A stretch of DNA of 64,000 nt from Bacillota bacterium (GTDB lineage Bacteria > Bacillota > Clostridia > Christensenellales > UBA1242). This document shows, in pieces, positions 26,613 through 37,335 of the stretch; position 1 is the first letter of the stretch, and each line of letters opens with the position of its first letter. Both the position numbers and the translations under genes were made by a program. The stretch is from contig WRBV01000001.1 in assembly GCA_009784375.1 (NCBI GenBank), positions 177,256-241,255 of the forward strand, given 5' to 3'. The notes beneath the pieces were generated by a model that did no database searches, was not told the origin of the DNA, and worked only from the letters and a program-made list of their open reading frames with translations.

Positions 26613-29600
26613 ATGAGGAAAATTGCAATTGGTTTGTTTGCAATGGCGTTCGTTGTATCCGCTCTTTTCCTTGTGCCTATGCACACATCTGGCATAGTTA
26701 ACGCAGTTTATCGCGACACACCTTATCATTTTATTCCGCCGAATTCTGATCCATCGGGTACGGCTGGTCGTCGTGTATTCGGTGAAAACGGTGGAGAACC
26801 CCAGGCTTTTGTTTTGCAATCAAGATTTTTCGATGGTAACGATGATATTACGGGTGATACCGATGTTGTTCCGTTGCGTTCAATTTTTTCGGATGCCGAT
26901 ATGCAAAGAATTCAATATAGTGAAAATAATCTTCCGACCAATCGTGACATAATAAACACTCAAGATTTTGGAATGGTCATGCTTGATATGGATAACCCGA
27001 CTGCAACAGACAATTTTGTTGTATTGGAACTTTTAAATCTTAATGCTCTCAGCCTTGATATAAATGAAACTTGGTTCGATTTTCGTCCAGCAGACGGTGC
27101 AAGGGTTACCCGTAATGCAACAACACGCGAAAATCCAGCCGACCTAAGTACATACCATTTCATGGACAACAGCACCAATACTAACGCGACCAATGATTAT
27201 ATCCGTGATCTTGCAAGACAAAATCCAGGCAGACTTGTCCATAACAACAGATTCTCGATTGTTGGAATGTTCCAAGAAGAAGGTTATTACAGATTCCGTT
27301 TCCGTGTAACAAGCTTCAATTTCCCAGTATCACGAAGTCTTGTATTTGAATTTGCATTCTATATTGTACATTCAACCAACTATGAGGATTTTCCACATAT
27401 TCGTGGAGATGCGGTGACAAGACGTGGTGACAGTAACGTTTATTATTTTAACTTTATGGGTGAAAATCCATACCTTCTATATAATCCAGAACGTTTTACA
27501 ACAACTGTGCGTGCAACTAATTTCGCAGGACTTGATATTGGCGAAATAGAAAACAGGACATATGTCCCACTTAATCAACCGAATTTTGATGACATTGCAC
27601 AACTTGTGGATGATAATGGATATTGGTACGTCCATATGAATGGTAATAATTATCCAATAAACATAGATGACACAGTCCAAGAGCACGAGATTAAAGTCGA
27701 GATAATTCACGGTGCAGATGATTATTGGTGGATTTACGTAAATGGGGAATACATTGCAACAGGGATAGAAGTTGTTATCGGAAGGCATATGGAGTTCTAT
27801 ATGATAGGAAGCTATCGTGTGAACAGTTATATGGTCTTTTCATTCAATGGTGTAAGAATTCCTGTGTTGAATTTTACCGATTATAATTACATATTACATA
27901 TATTTGGTTTCCAAGCACATTACGAGGCATACGACGAAGTAACAGACACATTTACCACAAGTTGGTTTGGTTGTAATGAACGTGGTCTCAATGCAGATAT
28001 ATCTATGCGAGATGATTTGCCATCAGGTGCATTTGCAAATGACCAAGCGGGCGCCGATGCATTCAGAATCTCGATGGAGAATTGGGTAGATAATCAGAGA
28101 AGCGCATTGGGCGGGCATCGGGCGGTTGCAACCAACTCTGGACCTGTGCGACTTTTTGGAAATGCAACACTTGAACAGAACCAAGGTTTCCTTACTACAG
28201 TATCATTTAATAACGGTACTGAATGGAGAGAGTTGCCATTTACTCCTAACCGTCCATTTGAAACGGCGGGTGAGTACATTATAACAATGTATTACGTGTT
28301 CCCAGCAGCAACAAATAACATAAGAACAGTACTTCGTCAAGTTTTCCATTTTCGAATTATTAATACAATGGATATACGTGTCGCGCATTATCTTGACGGG
28401 ATACCAGGTGGAAATCTTCACGATGTTTATCATATAAATGACTTTGTTGGACAACGAATTCCAATATCTGGTTCATTCTTTGTATTTATGGATGGGATGG
28501 AATATTACCACGAAAGCGAACTGTCACCATTCATCATCAGACCTCGTGTTCAATTAACTGTGACCGATTTTGATGGAAATAACGCACGAACTATTCCAAA
28601 CTTTGAATTACATGATCTTCTTGCTCAATTTGAATTGCAAGAACGCCACGAAGAAGGTATATACACATTTAGTGTCTTTTTCGGTCGCAGAGGTGTGGCA
28701 GTAACACACTTTACAATAGTAGTAGATAACAGCCCAATTCATGATTTCCGAATTGTTAACCACGGTGGGACGGAATTAATACCGACAAATGCACCAGATA
28801 ATTTTGCAATATGGGGTTCGGGAACTGATGAGGATTTCTTTGTTGAATTGCATTGGGGTATTAAACCAAGTGGAATAGGATTTACAACAGCCGAAGTCCA
28901 AGTATATACATTTGACAGAGACGAGAATTTTTCACAATCAGATAACTTTAACAATGCCAATATGTTGTCGCCATTTGTAATGAATACAACACCATCGATT
29001 TTAAATTTCAGAGTATTAGAGGTGCGTAATCCACAAGGCATACTAACAGGTTTCCGAATTGCTGAACGTTTTACGGGTTCGGGTATTTATATCTTTCGTG
29101 TGACTGATGCCGCTATGAATGTAAGTACCTTTGTTCTTGTAATAGATAATACACAGTCCGCATTTGCACAAGACCCACTTGTTGACGAGGAACACATAAT
29201 CAACATGGTAACAGACAGGAATGGAGCAAATGTTGGTTTTGGTCTTAACAAGATAATCGAGGCTGACCTTGGAACCATTATCTTGGAAGAGGGCGAAAAT
29301 GGCGCAAGTGATATAACATTATTAAACAAGTTAACAGGCACAAATTTGATTAATTCAGATGGACTTGTAATTCCTATCCAAAAGATTGAAATGGCGACCG
29401 ATATGGGTAACGGAAGATTTAACAGGATTTTCGAAAGATTACCAAACAACACAATATATGGAAGCAATACGATACATCTTGTCGATGAAAATTTTTACAC
29501 ATTCAGAATCCATGACCATTTTGGTAATGTTACAGAATACTATGTGTTTTTAAACTTTGACCGAAGTCGTGGTGCAATCTTAGAGGACTCGGTTGCAAAT

Positions 29601-32600
29601 ATAGGATTGGACATTGGTCCAGGCTCTATGCAAATCTCGTCAACCGCGAGCATAGTTCGCCCAGGCGGAATTTCTAACCGCAATTTTGTTGCATTTTCAT
29701 TCTTGCAAAAGCAATATACTGCTGGTGACTTTATTGACGAATTTGTGGTAGACAAAGTTGAATTCACTTTCTTTCCAAAGACATGGCAAAGATTTTATTA
29801 CCAGCCGTCGACAACACAGGGTGAAAGTGGAACATGGTTGCCAAATCCAAATTATCCATTTGCAAGTGAACCAACCGTAATAAACGAAGTAATTTATCAA
29901 AGAACGGGTGATGTTTTAGAAGGATTACAAGTAGTTCCAGTAAGTGTAGGCGAGAGTACCAACACACGTGCAGTCTCAGGGATGTACATGATAACCCGTC
30001 ATTTTGACGAAACTACGGTACCCACAGAATATGCAGACGAAATCATTAAAAACCATTTTTTTATCGTTGACAACAACTCTATCATTGCACCAACAGACGT
30101 ATTTGACACAGACATTCGAATAGACTTTGGTAATAAAACAGCAACTGTGGAAGATTTCCAAAGACAAAACAATCGCAATATGCAAGTCGGACGCGACCTT
30201 GTCATCCAAACAAATATGAATGCAACCGTACGAATGCCATTGTTTGGAACAAAGTATGGACATGCTGCAATCGACCCAAATGGTCACAGCCATGACCTTG
30301 GTTCACATGTCATGAATATTCCACATAAGGTGTTCTGTGACACAGCGAATGATTTCATTATAACACCAAACTTTGCTTTTAATTCACTCCGATTAAATCT
30401 AGAGGTTCAACAATCGACCGACGGCGGGACAAGTTTTGAAACACTATTTGACAGAACAGAAGCAAATACACATGTTCCAATCACCCATGCAGGAATTTAC
30501 AGACTTGTATTCACAGATGGAAGTGGCGGTATGCGTGTCCAACAATTCGGTATGGGCGAGCGTGTAGTTGAACCAAACAGAAGTGAAATATTATTTGAAA
30601 GAACAGGCGATGGAAGCAACGGCTCGTTCTTCCGAAATGGACGAAGAATATCTCTTCGTTCGACTCAACTTGATGCGGGCGATATTGTGACATTCTCGTA
30701 CATGGTGTCTGATCCACATACATTCTTTGCAGACATTCACAGTTCACATGTTACCGCGACTATTGGTGGGGTGATTACTTCTGCTAATCTTAATGTTGAG
30801 GATACAAGGCAAGGCACTACGTTGACTCGTACATACATGATGCCAAATAATCTTCTTTTGGTGGAAGGCAATAGATTTAACATTACTCTTAACACAGTTG
30901 GCAACATAATCCCAGCACTACAATTCGAGCTAACAGTTGATAACACACCACCAAATCACAATATACAAAGCCTTCGAGAACTTGACCATCTTTGGAGAAA
31001 TGTTGCATTCTCGGGTGGGCTTGATGAAGACACATTTGTATTCTCTGTATCGTATGACTTTATATTTTCACGTCCTATAGCAAATCCGCATCTTGATACA
31101 TTTGCAATTTCTTTATTCGAAGTTTATCAATCACTTTCTCCAAAAGGCGGGGAATATGACTTTACTTATAATTATTTCCTTCCATATATATCAGGCAGCC
31201 AAGTATATCTAGGTCCACGTCCTTTCCGTGAAATTGTAAATTTGCAGCCAAATGATAACAGATTCTTCCGAATAGTCGAACGTGACGAAGCGGGTAACAC
31301 AAGACAATATTTTGTAAATATACGTGGTCAAGCCCATGTTGACGAGATAGAGGCATCTATGGCCAGGTCTTTCAACACGGTAAACGCAAATATTATCCAA
31401 GATACTGGGGCGGCTATATTTGGTACGAACATTTCGATTACAGACACAGAAGAATTCTGGTTAGCAAATCCATTTTTTGAAATATCAACAGGTACACACA
31501 CATTCCGGAGATTTAATAACACGGTATCATTTGGTCCAAGGGCAACATTACAGACCGAAAACAATGCAACTCCATTAATGTTGCAAGAAGAATTAAATAG
31601 ATGGCTTCGTGCAACACCCCAGGGACAAATCCAACTTGTTGTTAATAATGGTTTTAGTACGTGGGTTACAAATATATTCCAAATTGACAATGCTGCTGTG
31701 TTACCGCAAATCACGGCGACTGCGACCGAGACTGGTGCTTTGATTATACGTGTTGTAAATTGGCAAGCACTTCCGCAGATATTCCGTGACAATGCAAATA
31801 TGTTACGACTTGTTGTTACTGATGTTGATATGAGTCATGAAGTTCTATGGAACGCAAATTTCCATGGTATGAATGATGCTGCTGGCTGGCAAATCACGGT
31901 CACAGCATCAGGCGAACCTATTGCGGCACGTGAAGCGTTAATTGTTGTGACTGACCTTTTTGGACGTGAAGTAAGAATTGAACATAACGGAAGACATGGA
32001 AACCATCGTGACTTTATCATGCACGGTGAAACAAGAGAAATAAATAATGCGCGTTTCACAGGGGACGAGCGTGGTGTGAATATAGAATTTACAAGACCTG
32101 TGCACAATGTTCAAATATACAGAGACGGAGTCGAAGTCGCATCAGTCATAAATGGTGTCACAAGGATAGATGCTGCAATAAATAACATAAGCACACGAAA
32201 TGATGGCATCATCGGTCATTTTAATATTACTCCGCCGACTGATACAGAAGAATCAAGATGGCGTGTAGTAATCGTACAAATCCAAAGCGGACGCACAGCA
32301 CTTGATCAAGAATTCGTATTCTATACAAGAATAGCAAATGTCCGATTTACAAACCTGAGTGGTGAGGCTATTGATGAAATAGTTCCATTTGGAGATGCCG
32401 AAGATGTATCACTTAACGGAATGGTTCAAATACAAATTTCTCATGGAGAGAGCCGTTTCACTTCATCAATAACAGTCTTCCGTACATTCTGGGACCCAAC
32501 TGAAGAAGAATTCAGAACCGAACGTCAAACAGTACGAAGCGGAGTTTCACGTTTTAACCTTACCCAAATCGGAACCTATGAAATAGTGGTAATGAACACA

Positions 32601-34385
32601 GTATGGGCAAGACAAGTATTCAGATTTATAATAGCCGACGTTGACAACACAACATACAGAGTATTCTTTAACTATGAACACGATACACGCCCAGAGGAAC
32701 AAGGCGAACAACTTCGCCGCAGTCCAGTAATGTTTAACTTTGAAAGAAATGGACACCCAACAAGACGAATACCACAATACTTTGTCCGTGGCACAAATGC
32801 ACAGGTCAACGCGGTTTCTACAACATCAAATAATCTGCCGCTTGAAATAGAACTCAGCCTGAATTATCCAAGAGAAATCGTAGGGAATGCACCAATCCAT
32901 TTTGAAGACAATATTGCCTTTGGTGGAAATAACGTTCGAACATTTATTTACGAACTTCGTTCAACATTAACGGCAACAAGTATGTACATAGCAATTACAG
33001 CAATTCCACAAAACCTTGATAGGATAAGTAACGTATCAATTATTGCACCACCGACTGGGGGAGGCAACATACGACAGGAAAATACTATACTACATGCACT
33101 TTACACAACTATAGGTGTAAATGGATTAAATGTTTCTGTAGACACGAGTATTGTAGGCGCACATAACTCGCACTCTGGAAACGTCATTTTCGTTGATTAT
33201 TACTATAATGGAACTTTTGCTGGGACATTCCTTGCGACCGAAACACTTACGATTCATGCACGCAACTATGGAAAATTTGAATTATTTATCCGTGACGTTG
33301 CGGGTTACAGAAGAAGCTTTTCTCAAACAGACATCCAAGGAAACACGCGTAATACAGACCACTTTACGTTATACAACCTTGCAAGACCGCCTCTTCTTGT
33401 AAATGGCGAGATTGTAATGGATGGGATGGTATATAACAACGAATTGAACCTTGAATTTATGTACTTTGAACATGGAACACAAAATGGTGTAGGGATGTTC
33501 GTCGAAAGCATCCAGGTCTGGCGTAATGGTGTAGAGCTAACAGAAACATTTACCCAAAGACAAAGCGGAGAACCACCATTCTTTACATCGCAACAAACGG
33601 CGGGTGGTCCACATTTCTGGCACTCACGTAACGAATGGATGTTCACAGAACCAGGTGCCTATACATTTGATATAAGGTTCAGGTACGTTGCAGGTGTTGT
33701 TCTTTCACAAAGATTTTCTGTCCAACTTGTGGATGCATCGATTGTTCCTGTTACATGGCTTGAGAGTTTCGCATTTATTCCATCAAACAACACAGAAATT
33801 GAAACAATATTACGTAATGGTGTGGATATAACAAGAACCTTTACAAATGCCCAGCTTGCAAGTTTGCGTCTTGATTCACGAACTTCGGTTGGACACTATG
33901 AGATTACGGTACGCATACACGACAACATAAGACCAAGCTTTACAAAAGAATTCGAGGTTTTCATCAATATGCGTCACAATGGAACTGGATTGATAAATAA
34001 TACTATTGGATGGGGAACAACAACAACGGGTTCTGCGACGATATATTTCATACCAGGACAAATTCGATTATTTTTCCCCAATGCAACCTTTATGATTTTC
34101 CGAGACGGCAGCCCAGTAACACTTGCTTATAGAAATAATCTACCATTAACTTCTATTAACATAGCAGAAGAAACAAGAGACTATATATTCTTGCCATTCA
34201 ACGCAGATGGACGATACAGAGTAGAATTACGAACGCACACAGGAGAAGTAATCTTCAGCGATGGTTTTGAAATTACGACTGGACTAAGTGCTCTTGCTGT
34301 GATTATTATTGTTGCTCTTGTTGGGATTGTATTGGTTGGTGCGGTATTATTCTTTGTAATGAGAAACCGAATGAAGGTTAAATAA
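26613..34385 (+). CDS. Giant cell-surface protein (2590 aa) with tandem Ig-like modules
   Basis: Signal peptide; recurring GxYxxxxxDxAGN / IDNT motifs; C-terminal TM plus RNRMKVK tail. Terminator at 34391-34415. Confidence 0.85.
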   Translation: MRKIAIGLFAMAFVVSALFLVPMHTSGIVNAVYRDTPYHFIPPNSDPSGTAGRRVFGENGGEPQAFVLQSRFFDGNDDITGDTDVVPLRSIFSDADMQRIQYSENNLPTNRDIINTQDFGMVMLDMDNPTATDNFVVLELLNLNALSLDINETWFDFRPADGARVTRNATTRENPADLSTYHFMDNSTNTNATNDYIRDLARQNPGRLVHNNRFSIVGMFQEEGYYRFRFRVTSFNFPVSRSLVFEFAFYIVHSTNYEDFPHIRGDAVTRRGDSNVYYFNFMGENPYLLYNPERFTTTVRATNFAGLDIGEIENRTYVPLNQPNFDDIAQLVDDNGYWYVHMNGNNYPINIDDTVQEHEIKVEIIHGADDYWWIYVNGEYIATGIEVVIGRHMEFYMIGSYRVNSYMVFSFNGVRIPVLNFTDYNYILHIFGFQAHYEAYDEVTDTFTTSWFGCNERGLNADISMRDDLPSGAFANDQAGADAFRISMENWVDNQRSALGGHRAVATNSGPVRLFGNATLEQNQGFLTTVSFNNGTEWRELPFTPNRPFETAGEYIITMYYVFPAATNNIRTVLRQVFHFRIINTMDIRVAHYLDGIPGGNLHDVYHINDFVGQRIPISGSFFVFMDGMEYYHESELSPFIIRPRVQLTVTDFDGNNARTIPNFELHDLLAQFELQERHEEGIYTFSVFFGRRGVAVTHFTIVVDNSPIHDFRIVNHGGTELIPTNAPDNFAIWGSGTDEDFFVELHWGIKPSGIGFTTAEVQVYTFDRDENFSQSDNFNNANMLSPFVMNTTPSILNFRVLEVRNPQGILTGFRIAERFTGSGIYIFRVTDAAMNVSTFVLVIDNTQSAFAQDPLVDEEHIINMVTDRNGANVGFGLNKIIEADLGTIILEEGENGASDITLLNKLTGTNLINSDGLVIPIQKIEMATDMGNGRFNRIFERLPNNTIYGSNTIHLVDENFYTFRIHDHFGNVTEYYVFLNFDRSRGAILEDSVANIGLDIGPGSMQISSTASIVRPGGISNRNFVAFSFLQKQYTAGDFIDEFVVDKVEFTFFPKTWQRFYYQPSTTQGESGTWLPNPNYPFASEPTVINEVIYQRTGDVLEGLQVVPVSVGESTNTRAVSGMYMITRHFDETTVPTEYADEIIKNHFFIVDNNSIIAPTDVFDTDIRIDFGNKTATVEDFQRQNNRNMQVGRDLVIQTNMNATVRMPLFGTKYGHAAIDPNGHSHDLGSHVMNIPHKVFCDTANDFIITPNFAFNSLRLNLEVQQSTDGGTSFETLFDRTEANTHVPITHAGIYRLVFTDGSGGMRVQQFGMGERVVEPNRSEILFERTGDGSNGSFFRNGRRISLRSTQLDAGDIVTFSYMVSDPHTFFADIHSSHVTATIGGVITSANLNVEDTRQGTTLTRTYMMPNNLLLVEGNRFNITLNTVGNIIPALQFELTVDNTPPNHNIQSLRELDHLWRNVAFSGGLDEDTFVFSVSYDFIFSRPIANPHLDTFAISLFEVYQSLSPKGGEYDFTYNYFLPYISGSQVYLGPRPFREIVNLQPNDNRFFRIVERDEAGNTRQYFVNIRGQAHVDEIEASMARSFNTVNANIIQDTGAAIFGTNISITDTEEFWLANPFFEISTGTHTFRRFNNTVSFGPRATLQTENNATPLMLQEELNRWLRATPQGQIQLVVNNGFSTWVTNIFQIDNAAVLPQITATATETGALIIRVVNWQALPQIFRDNANMLRLVVTDVDMSHEVLWNANFHGMNDAAGWQITVTASGEPIAAREALIVVTDLFGREVRIEHNGRHGNHRDFIMHGETREINNARFTGDERGVNIEFTRPVHNVQIYRDGVEVASVINGVTRIDAAINNISTRNDGIIGHFNITPPTDTEESRWRVVIVQIQSGRTALDQEFVFYTRIANVRFTNLSGEAIDEIVPFGDAEDVSLNGMVQIQISHGESRFTSSITVFRTFWDPTEEEFRTERQTVRSGVSRFNLTQIGTYEIVVMNTVWARQVFRFIIADVDNTTYRVFFNYEHDTRPEEQGEQLRRSPVMFNFERNGHPTRRIPQYFVRGTNAQVNAVSTTSNNLPLEIELSLNYPREIVGNAPIHFEDNIAFGGNNVRTFIYELRSTLTATSMYIAITAIPQNLDRISNVSIIAPPTGGGNIRQENTILHALYTTIGVNGLNVSVDTSIVGAHNSHSGNVIFVDYYYNGTFAGTFLATETLTIHARNYGKFELFIRDVAGYRRSFSQTDIQGNTRNTDHFTLYNLARPPLLVNGEIVMDGMVYNNELNLEFMYFEHGTQNGVGMFVESIQVWRNGVELTETFTQRQSGEPPFFTSQQTAGGPHFWHSRNEWMFTEPGAYTFDIRFRYVAGVVLSQRFSVQLVDASIVPVTWLESFAFIPSNNTEIETILRNGVDITRTFTNAQLASLRLDSRTSVGHYEITVRIHDNIRPSFTKEFEVFINMRHNGTGLINNTIGWGTTTTGSATIYFIPGQIRLFFPNATFMIFRDGSPVTLAYRNNLPLTSINIAEETRDYIFLPFNADGRYRVELRTHTGEVIFSDGFEITTGLSALAVIIIVALVGIVLVGAVLFFVMRNRMKVK

Positions 34386-34482
34386 GATTACAAAAGGCGA
34401 TATCATCGCCTTTTGTAATTGTTGAAAAATTAATCGACTGATTTTTGATTACAATTTTTTGTTTTTCCATTTATACTGGGTG

Positions 34483-35292
34483 ATGCTTAAAATTCAATCT
34501 CTTGCAAGCGGAAGTCGCGGGAACTGTGCCTATATTGGTTCGGAAACTACACACATTCTTGTGGATGTGGGTTTAATGCTTGTAACACTTATGAAAAGGT
34601 TTGAATCTGCTGGGATTGATCCTAATCTTATCAATGCTGTGGTAATCACTCATGAACACAGCGACCACATCAATGGAGTTTATAAATTTCTTAAAAAATT
34701 CCCTAACGTTAAAATCTATATTCCAGAATACGCAAAGTCGTGTTTCATGGAAAAAATTGGGCATATCGAAAATGAACGTATTATTACTTTTAATTCACCA
34801 TTCATGATTGGTGACATCACAATAGATTATTTCCCAGTAAGCCACGACAGCGAATTTTGCTTTGGATATACATTCGAAAACAATGGGGCAAAAATAAGCT
34901 TTGCAACCGATATAGGATGGGTATGCGACAAAGTTTTGTCAAAGATGGCGGGAAGCCAAATCGTAATGCTTGAATCTAATCACGACACGATCAAGTTGTC
35001 TAATAATGTTAAATATCCGTATTGGCTTAAAAAACGAATTGCATGCGACACAGGTCATTTAAGCAATCTGGCATGTGGGGCGGCAACTTATAAATTACAC
35101 CAACTTGGATGCGAGCAAGTTATCTTGGCTCACCTGAGTGCCGAGAATAATTCGCCATCTCTTGCGTATTCGGTGGTTCGTGATTTTCTTGCAAAGAAAG
35201 GAGTGGTTGAGGGTGTTGATATATCAATAGATGTTGCAACGCAAAACGAGGTTGGTCGCATGTTCTGTATTGAAAATGCAACTCGGCAATAA
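34483..35292 (+). CDS. walJ: YycJ/WalJ-like metallo-beta-lactamase-fold hydrolase
   Basis: LASGSRGN, THEHSDH, SHD, LESNHD, GHLSN and HLSAENN. Confidence 0.88.
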   Translation: MLKIQSLASGSRGNCAYIGSETTHILVDVGLMLVTLMKRFESAGIDPNLINAVVITHEHSDHINGVYKFLKKFPNVKIYIPEYAKSCFMEKIGHIENERIITFNSPFMIGDITIDYFPVSHDSEFCFGYTFENNGAKISFATDIGWVCDKVLSKMAGSQIVMLESNHDTIKLSNNVKYPYWLKKRIACDTGHLSNLACGAATYKLHQLGCEQVILAHLSAENNSPSLAYSVVRDFLAKKGVVEGVDISIDVATQNEVGRMFCIENATRQ

Positions 35293-35361
35293 GGTAGGTT
35301 AATTTGTATATTGAACTAAAGTTCAATAGCGTGCCTATTCAAATTATGATATGCTTTTTAT

Positions 35362-36384
35362 ATGTCTAAAAAAGTACGTTTGACTAATCTTGCAATCTAT
35401 GAGCTTCGAAATCTTGCCCGAAGTGTAGGGGTCGAGCGTCCCTCATCAATGTCCCGCAGCGAGTTGACTTCCGCCATCCGTGCGAAGCAAGGGACTTCTG
35501 AAAAACCAGATATTAACGCATGCCTTGCCGCTGATGCCGAAGTACCTTGTTATTTACAATTGCTTGAACAAGATGATTTATCGTCTTGTGAAACTGTTTG
35601 TACTTCCGAATCATTTTCGAATTATGGGTTTGTGCTTTTGCTTCCAAACGGCAGCTCTATTCTAATATCACGTGATCTTTTTACTTATAAAATATGTACA
35701 ACTTTGACTTCGTCACATAAATTGCAAATGGGTGATTCTATAGAGGTGGTTGCAAAAATTGACAAAGGATTACGCAAAGTAATTGAAATTAAAAATGTGG
35801 AAACCTATAACGCAACAAAAGTTAAATGCATTGTTCCGCATATTAAATCATCAATATGGGATAATGAATTTACACTTGGAAGTCGAATTCTGGTTCTTGC
35901 TGATAAAACATATAACAGAGTTGGGGACATTGCAAAGTTCCAAAATCCGAATGTTTATAGAATGGCACTATTAATCGAAGAAAATGATGAAAGTGTAGAA
36001 TTTCTTTGTAACAATAAAATTGACGAAACCTTTCTTGTAAAGGTTGACATGCCGACAAGAAAACAAGTTGCGCTTTGCTTGTATGCATTGTTTTCTGCCA
36101 AGCGATTGGCTTACTCTGGTAAGAGTGTAATTTTCTTTATAGACAGCCTCTCAAAAATGTGGCGGATATATAGCAAATGTGCGGCGAAGGATGAGCTTGT
36201 GCCAGTTAACATGATACATATTGGGGCAATGGCGGATCTTAAAAAATATTTTATGGCACCAAAAGCTCTGGAAAAGGGTGGTGATTTATCAATAGTAGGT
36301 TTTGTAAATAACCCAACAAGTGAGGTCGAGAGTTATATATATGACGAATTATCTAATCTTGCAAATTTGATTATAACTAAATAG
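35362..36384 (+). CDS. Degenerate Rho-like protein (no Walker A, C-terminally truncated)
   Basis: Rho N-domain ELRNLARSVGV...SRSEL; GKSVIFFIDSLSK and KKYFMAPKALEKGGDLSIV match Rho. The P-loop is replaced by LADKTYNR. Confidence 0.75.
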   Translation: MSKKVRLTNLAIYELRNLARSVGVERPSSMSRSELTSAIRAKQGTSEKPDINACLAADAEVPCYLQLLEQDDLSSCETVCTSESFSNYGFVLLLPNGSSILISRDLFTYKICTTLTSSHKLQMGDSIEVVAKIDKGLRKVIEIKNVETYNATKVKCIVPHIKSSIWDNEFTLGSRILVLADKTYNRVGDIAKFQNPNVYRMALLIEENDESVEFLCNNKIDETFLVKVDMPTRKQVALCLYALFSAKRLAYSGKSVIFFIDSLSKMWRIYSKCAAKDELVPVNMIHIGAMADLKKYFMAPKALEKGGDLSIVGFVNNPTSEVESYIYDELSNLANLIITK

Positions 36385-36428
36385 ACTCTTCTTTTTTGTC
36401 CATATCAAAAAGTATGTTATAGTAACCC

Positions 36429-37328
36429 ATGGCATTTGTCGTCTATCTTGTTGTGTTGTTTGCGTCTTTGATGACGTCATTGTTTTTTTGGGTCTTGCAA
36501 GTAGACACGTCAAATGTATTTGATCAAGTAATAATGTCGGTAACACGGTTTGCCATTTTTATGATAATATTTTTCGTATTTTCTGCCCTAATGAATAAAG
36601 CAGAAGGTCGACAAATTTTTAAACACTATGGTATTAAGAAAATTTCGGTGATTGATATAATTTTACTTGTTGCTTTTGCTGCCATTTGTATTGTGACTTT
36701 TATTCTTGCCCACGAGGGAAGTATTAAATTATTCGAATTGATGGGATATAACCCGCCCGATCCTTTCGAGATAAATAACCTTGGACATCTTGCTGTACTT
36801 ATTATTATTTTCGCCGTATTTCCCGCAATTTGGGAAGAGCTTGTGTTTCGTGGGCTTATTATGGGTGGTTTATTGAAATATGGAAAAGCAACCGCAGTTT
36901 TGATAAGTTCACTTTTATTCAGCCTTATGCATCTAAGCCCAGCGCAAACATTCTATCAATTCTTCTTTGGTGCAATATGTGCAATTATCTATCTTCGTAC
37001 AAAAAATTTAACTGTGCCAATTATTCTTCACTTTGTTAATAACGCGCTTATACTTACATACACATATATTACCCAGAGTCTGGATCATGCAATACACTTT
37101 AACGCAAAAACCATCATCACGATGATAGTGTTATTATTTGGTGGCGTGCTTGTAATCTTGACGATGGCAAGATTATTTACAAAATCAAATACCCCATTAA
37201 AAGACGAGCAATCAGAAAAGAAAAAACTTTTTCCGTCCGTCGAGCTTGTGTTATTAGTTGTTGTGATTTTAATAAGTATGTTGATATGGGGCATGGAATT
37301 TGCAGCTCAACCACCAGGAGAATATTAG
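36429..37328 (+). CDS. CPBP (Abi/CAAX-type) intramembrane metalloprotease
   Basis: EELVFRG, FSLMH and HFVNN. Confidence 0.9.
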   Translation: MAFVVYLVVLFASLMTSLFFWVLQVDTSNVFDQVIMSVTRFAIFMIIFFVFSALMNKAEGRQIFKHYGIKKISVIDIILLVAFAAICIVTFILAHEGSIKLFELMGYNPPDPFEINNLGHLAVLIIIFAVFPAIWEELVFRGLIMGGLLKYGKATAVLISSLLFSLMHLSPAQTFYQFFFGAICAIIYLRTKNLTVPIILHFVNNALILTYTYITQSLDHAIHFNAKTIITMIVLLFGGVLVILTMARLFTKSNTPLKDEQSEKKKLFPSVELVLLVVVILISMLIWGMEFAAQPPGEY

Positions 37329-37335
37329 GAGAGAT

